DNA of 64,000 nucleotides from Macrostomum lignano (Eukaryota), in the NCBI GenBank assembly GCA_002269645.1, contig NIVC01000373.1:1-64000 (forward strand). Direction: 5' to 3'. Below, in pieces: positions 57,726-64,000 of this stretch. The stretch's first letter is position 1. Every line of letters starts with the position of its first letter. The translations under genes and the position numbers were made by a program. The notes beneath the pieces were generated by a model that worked only from the letters and a program-made list of their open reading frames with translations, ran no database searches and had not been told where the DNA came from.

Positions 57726-60631
57726 ACCTGTATAACTTTCGCCGACACATTTTCAGACAGATCTTCCGACACTTTTTTATGACACTTAAAATGTCGCAAG
57801 AAGTGTTGGAAAAAGTGTTGTAACAGTTAACTTTCGCCGACACATTTTCAGACAGATCTTCCGACACTTTTTACGACACTTAAAATGTCGCAAAAAGTGT
57901 CGTAACAGTTGACATTCACCGACACATATTTTCCGACACTTAAATTAATGCTGCAAAAAGTGTCTGAAATTTAAGTGTCAATGAATTCTTACATGCATGA
58001 ATTCTTAAATGCATGAATCTTAAAAGATCCCTTCATGGGAGCAAGAACTGTTTCTCAAATCATAAACTTACATTTAATGGTTTTGTAGCGTAAAGCATCA
58101 ATCTTGGAAAGTACATGTACGCTAGATTTATTTTTAGAATTAGAATTTTCGAGAAATTACTTTTTTAGTGCAAAGTTAAAGTTTGTTCCAGAAATTTCCT
58201 TTAGTTTAATTAGATGTTAGTTTTACTGCTTAATATTAGGTATAAAATTTATTGTTGTCATATTTATTAATGAATTTGTACGGTAGTGTTACGTAATAGC
58301 ATTTAAAATATTTAATTTTGTTGTAACTAACGAAACTTCTAGAAATTTCCGGTTATACTCAGTTCAGTACTATAAATAAACGTAACCTAAGTACTTCAAC
58401 TCTTTAAGTGATTCTTTTGATTCAGCAAACACAGAACCACCGCCTTTGCTCCTTATCTGCATCAACCTACTTTACAACTGGTCCGGTGAGGCGCCGAAGC
58501 CCCGTCAGGGGCAGGACAGCAAACCAACATGTAAAAATATCGCCTGAACTTTCGCCCGTCATCATCACCGTCAACACATCGCATGTACCATGGTTAACAA
58601 CGCCTCACAATCCACACAGCAATCATCCGATTCCGCAGCAACTCCACAGCAACGCAGGACTCCTTCGACGACCTATATCAACCAAGCCAACACGGGCTAA
58701 CAAAAGCCTATCGACCGAGCTTCCTGCACCGATCCAGCATCTCCAAGAGCCTTCAACCGAAGCAGTTCCGACCAACATCACCGGGGAGTCACCATTTCAA
58801 AGGCCTAACACAAGGTCAGCCGACAAACCGGTGATCGTCCCGGCTACACCGTCGCATTACATCCGCAGTTTCCGGCCGCAGCCCACCTCATGCGCTCCCT
58901 CTGTGCTGCCCAGCCGCAGAGCGACTGCCCGCCGTCGTCCCCCGCCGTAGTCCAGGGAGTCGTCTGTCTGCAACTCGGCAACTTCCGTAAGTCGCACCAG
59001 CCCCAGCGCCATTCCGCCATTCTGGAGCAACGCAGGAGGACGCACGAGTGGACCAGCCGCCGTTCCATTCGACACATCTACCACGAAGCGACATCACCAC
59101 ATTCAGCCAGCCATCATTACCGCCACGAAACCATCAACATCGACATCCGTCTCGTGCGCTTCGCCTGGTACCCTCGGCCGCAGAGCGACAACCCGCCTTT
59201 CTCCGGTTCACCTCCTCCAGGGTGTCGTCTGTCTGCATCCGGCAACACCCAGTTAGGTCCCACGTCCGACAATCCGCCAACCGGGAGCACCAGTCGAGGA
59301 CACGAGTGGATCGATCGCCATCACACCAGACACTCCATCGCCGAATCCATTCGAATTGACAGTAACTTATCCTAACCATCTGCAACACCGACATCGGCGG
59401 CCGAGTACAGTTTAACACAGCCGTCAGCATCCGAGCTGCCATCAGCGTCACCAACTCCGGACCCACCCGCTGCACCCGCCGTGACAGAGCCGGAAAAGGT
59501 GACTAGAAGCGGTCGCCGCGTGAGATTCGCCAGAGACAATGATTTTCATTACTATTGTCATCGCATTTTTCCAATTTTTTCTCACTTTTCTTTCATCTCG
59601 TTTCCATTGCACCGTACATGTACTGTTTTCATTGTTTCGTTCTTAGTATCTGGGGACTCCGTCTTCCGTGGGGGGAACTATTGTAGCGTAAAGCATCAAT
59701 CTTGGAAAGTACATGTACGCTAGATTTATTTTTAGAATTAGAATTTTCGAGAAATTACTTTTTTAGTGCAAAGTTAAAGTTTGTTCCAGAAATTTCCTTT
59801 AGTTTAATTAGATGTTAGTTTTACTGCTTAATATTAGGTATAAAATTTATTGTTGTCATATTTATTAATGAATTTGTACGGTAGTGTTACGTAATAGCAT
59901 TTAAAATATTTAATTTTGTTGTAACTAACGAAACTTCTAGAAATTTCCGGTTATACTCAGTTCAGTACTATAAATAAACGTAACCTAAGTACTTCAACTC
60001 TTTAAGTGATTCTTTTGATTCAGCAAACACAGAACCACCGCCTTTGCTCCTTATCTGCATCAACCTACTTTACAGTTTGATCTACTGTATTTATTTGATC
60101 GAAAGAAGATTAATTTGAATAAATCTGTCATGTACATAGTAATTTATAGCATTTTGTATTAATTTGACTGCAAATTAACACTGAAAATATCATGCCTTTC
60201 ATTTGCAATACATACTGTTTGTAGTCAAAATAAAATGCCAACTTTTACATGTACATATGTATTATACATTGTATATCAATTAATGTAATTAAATGATGCG
60301 CAACACAATTGAAACGTGCACTGCAGGCTGCTGCGTAGTGCATACTTAACAAACATACATGTAAGCTTACATGAATAGTACGAGCTACATATACATCACC
60401 TAGCTCTAAGAAGCGACATTTTAAGTGTCGGAAGATGTGTTGGCAAAATTTAACTGTACAACACTTAATTTTCAGACACTTTTTGCAGCATCAATTTAAG
60501 TGTTGGAAAATATGTGTCAGTGAATGTCAACTGTTACGACACTTTTTTTCGACACTTTTTGCGACATTTTAAGTGTCGTAAAAAGTGTCGGAAGATCTGT
60601 CTGAAAATGTGTTGGCGAAAGTTATACAGGT
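57726..60631. mobile_element. Foldback/Mutator-like non-autonomous element with long modular TIRs, interrupted by an LTR element
   Basis: Ends ACCTGTATAACTTTCGCCGACAC / GTGTTGGCGAAAGTTATACAGGT; ~200-250-bp TIRs built of GACAC/GTGTC modules; perfect 9-bp TSD ATTGGATTC (57717-57725, 60632-60640). Confidence 0.85.
58084..60074 (+). mobile_element. Small non-autonomous Ty3/Gypsy LTR element (TRIM-like), 1991 bp
   Basis: 393-bp LTRs 58084-58476 and 59682-60074 (TG...CA, identical by eye); 4-bp TSD GTTT; TGG-initiated PBS-like site after the 5' LTR; G-run PPT before the 3' LTR; internal remnant VTRSGRRVRF typical of the Gypsy integrase C-terminal tail. Confidence 0.93.
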
Positions 60632-61418
60632 ATTGGATTCTGGAATATATTGAACTATTGAAGATGGGAATATGGCTTCCTGCCCCAATTCCTCAAAACT
60701 CGGGCTCAAAATTTGCCTCAATGCCTTGGAGTAGTCCCAATTTATGCCCGAGGTCCAATTCAATCATTTTCATGCATATCAACTACAACTAGACAACTTT
60801 AAAGCATTGGCCAACAAATGGGCAACGTGGCTTTGCTTGGCTTTAGCATGTCAGTCAACTTTGTCATAACTGCAGTGTAGTGTTAAATCAAATTTGACTA
60901 TCAAATTTGACTGTTAAGATAACGTAGATGAAACAGTTTTTCATATTAATTTTACTACTTCTACAAATAGTGTACAAAAATAAGTGTACTAGGCCTACTA
61001 CTACATAATTATTACACCGAACCCGAACCAACCACCCGAACCCGTATCCGTTAAATTTTTCAAAAGTCATTTGAAACTGAACTGTAAATTTTAAAATTAA
61101 TAAAAATTTTAAAACGTGTGTTGCTTGAAAATACAGAGCAAGTAAAATAATAATGATAAACCCTAAACAGACGCTTCATTAATTTTTTTACGTAAACCTT
61201 GGCTAAGTAAAGTTTTGGTTCATTGACTTTGATTTTATCGTATTGTACCCCGGAACAAGGTAGGAATTTAAATCCAGTGATTCCGCATTGATTTTTTTCA
61301 GGTTTTACTGATTGTTTTGGTCGTTGTGTATCTCTGTAGTTTAAAAATAAAATTCGTTTAGAAGTTCTAAAAGAAAAATATTAGCTAGTAATTCTTTTTT
61401 TGCTGAAACCATCGAAAG

Positions 61419-61637
61419 ATGATTTCAACAAATCCTAAAAAGCCAGATAAGTTACAAGGAAATCCTATCTATGATTTGCCCTTCTATGGCGCCTTCGCAA
61501 CAACACTGGCTAGCATTCTGCTACATTTTCTGGCGTTTTGCAGCCCCTACTGGCTTGAATCCTATCCAGATACAAAAAATCCTTTCCTAAAACTTGGACT
61601 CTGGTCGGTTTGCTTTGATAAATTCGTCCATCCAAAG
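61419..61637 (+). CDS. First coding exon of a claudin-superfamily (PMP22/claudin-like) membrane protein; rest not in window
   Basis: TM helix (GAFATTLASILLHFLAFCSPYW) followed by FLKLGLWSVCF (W-GLW-C claudin signature); donor AAG|GTAAGT. Confidence 0.75.
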
Positions 61638-62410
61638 GTAAGTGTGAAATATAACTATAAGCTGAGAAAGTACACATTGTCTATAAATTTGTTGGATTAA
61701 GGGCCTATAACCTAATGCTGGTCTGAAAGTCAGTAAGCCTGTTTTAAAAGAGTTTTAAAACTTTAATAAGAGTTTCACTAAACTTTAAGGTGTCTTTTTT
61801 TAGAAACTTATTTTTGTTTTAGGATCCTACTTTAGTTTTCTTTATAAGCTAAGTTGCATTCTTATTTTCCTGTTTTGTTTCCTTTATTTAAAGAAGAGCT
61901 TTCTTTGACTGATATTTAGCTACATCATAAACACTAAACCTGAACTTGGCTTGGCCATTTTTTGTATGCCAACTGTATATATTAATATTGGATTTGAAAA
62001 TTCAAAATGCCAAGATTATCAGTAAGGGGGCAAAAGATACTAGAATTTTCTGGCATATAGGCCACCTTCTAGACTATTGGGAAGTTAACTAAAAATTAAC
62101 AGATAGTTATAAGTAAATCTTAATCTATTAAAGTTAACACAGAAATTATAGAAATCTTGCACTTTTTTTCAAAATAGACATCCACAATGCACTGTCTTTG
62201 CTTTTCCACCTTTTTAGCAAAATACAGAGGTCATCTAACCAATTTACAAGCTAAAAAGTATTAAATAATATATTTTAAAAACTTGTATGTATAATACTAC
62301 TAAAAGTAAGCATATAGTAAAAGAAGTAACTTTTTTATTTAAAACTTGAAAGCTAATTAGTTATTAATAAAATACAAATACAAAGGTTGTTCACTAGCAT
62401 TACTCGGCAC

Positions 62411-63265
62411 TAGTGTTCTGCCGCCGCGAGTTTTGACCTCCGTAACCGTAACCGTAGCCATAAGAAAGAAGCAACTTCCATAGCCGAATTTTGCCGTCAT
62501 TACGGGCTAAAAAAGTCCGTAACCGTAATTTGCCGTAACCGTAGCCGTAATGTATAACAAAAATTGATATTTTTGCATGAAAAGTGAGGCAGACAGAAAA
62601 GGACAGATAAAAAGGATAAAAGGATAGCAATAAAACGTACTTGTTGTTCGTTCATGCATTAATATTAATTTATTTTTTTCGTAAATATAATTTCTTTATC
62701 TAAGTATTCTATAGCATTGTTGTATGCAATTGTGTGCTTGGTGCCTTTTTCAGTTTTCTGTGTTGTGATTCTGTTTTGTTTCGCTACAATATGCTAAGGA
62801 GCTAAATGCTACATATGGCTAAGAAATAAGAATGGCAGATTCTTAGTCTCTTGCAGGCTTTGACTGGCTCTCTCTGTCTCGCTGCTATCATGCTATCGCT
62901 ATGCTATGCTATGCCGTATGCCTAATGAGAAAATTTGTGAAAAAATTCATTTTTCGTTTTCAAAAAGTTTCGTAGATATTTAGAAACTTAACAAATGTAA
63001 AAAATAATAATAACTAGTAAAACAAAATGAAAACTGGTTAAAGTTGATATAAAAAAATTTTCTTTTATAACACTAAACAGTTAAAAATAAATAATTTTTG
63101 TTACGGCTACCAATTACGGCAAGTCTAGAAAAATCTCCGTAATCCGTAACTGTAACCGTAAGCTCAAAATATGTCCGTAACCGTAATCCATAATGAAAAT
63201 ATGGCTTCAAAAGTGTCGTAGCCGTAATTTGCCGTAGCCGTAGCCGTAATTACGGCGGAACACTA
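62411..63265. mobile_element. Non-autonomous hAT element, 855 bp, with CCGTAA/CCGTAG subterminal arrays
   Basis: TIRs TAGTGTTC / GAACACTA; TSD CTCGGCAC / GTCGGCAC (7/8). Confidence 0.8.
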
Positions 63266-64000
63266 GTCGGCACAGCAGAAAGTTACAAATAAAGATTGGG
63301 AAAGAAGTGAATCAAAGCAATCCATGCTTATGTGCAAGCAAAAGCTTCACATTTTTACAAGTATAATTCATTACTAAAGTTCATTAGTAAGAAATTGTTA
63401 CTTTGCATGACCATCATTAAAAGATTTTTTGGGCTTTCAGGTAAATTGAATTACATCTAGTTGTAGCTTCTCTTCAGACTTATATTTTTGTTATTTCTTT
63501 ATGTCTTTGGTCATTGACATTGTTATTAACATTAACGATGAATTTGTCATTAACTCACAAAATTATTAACACAAATTCATTAATCCGTTAGTTCAAAAAA
63601 CTCTTAATGGCAGTCCATTAATGTTAATGAAAAATCTTAATGCTTATTAATGTTTATTAATGGACTGGTGCCCAACACTGTTTATACATATATAACATCT
63701 ACACCTAGCCAATCTAGCTAGCTAGCAAAAGGCCTAGGTAAGGTAAGTCACAAAAATGCCTACCTGAAAAATACAGATGTATTAATAATAAGATAATGAG
63801 GCATTTAGCCTTAAAAGGCATAGTTACTTTTCTAGTTACCTAAAATTGCATTATTTTTTGCTTTAAGGTTTCTTTTACAAGTAAGTCACATTTTTGGTCT
63901 AACTCTAAAAATAAGTTACATGGCCAATGTAAATCAGAGCAAACTTGACACCTTTTTCTCTAAATGTAGACTTGTTAAAATCATTTTTGCTTTTAAATAT

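Noticed and set aside
58408-59723. ORFs inside the LTR element as a possible gag or captured gene
   Set aside because: Short, overlapping, no gag/protease/RT motifs; only the integrase-tail remnant is recognisable.
1-64000. tRNA, rRNA, CRISPR or prokaryotic systems
   Set aside because: None recognisable; the sequence is spliced eukaryotic DNA.

Overview
Eukaryotic (metazoan) genomic DNA. GC3-rich spliced genes with minisatellite-filled introns alternate with AT-rich, transposon-rich blocks. This style suggests a Macrostomum-type flatworm (inference, not verified). Genes reconstructed by hand with consistent GT-AG phases: a 10-exon F-box/WD40 gene (-), POLR3H (+), RAD51AP1-like (+), CIAPIN1/anamorsin (+) whose 11.7-kb intron contains an antisense NKX2-2 homeobox gene, NOL4-like (-), an intronless Bicaudal-C-like KH gene (+), EIF3G (-), DUS3L (-) and the first exon of a claudin-like gene (+). 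Mobile DNA: a near-intact mariner, a Penelope-like fragment with inverted termini carrying hammerhead-ribozyme core motifs, four hAT-type non-autonomous elements with 8-bp TSDs, and a foldback/MULE-like element (9-bp TSD) interrupted by a small non-autonomous Gypsy element with identical LTRs. The most notable patterns are: (i) locus-private minisatellites anchored on splice or stop junctions, which multiply the splice signals; (ii) the nested nk2.2 gene in a repeat-free zone; (iii) operon-like gene pairs with unpaired acceptors; (iv) several single-base apparent frameshifts.
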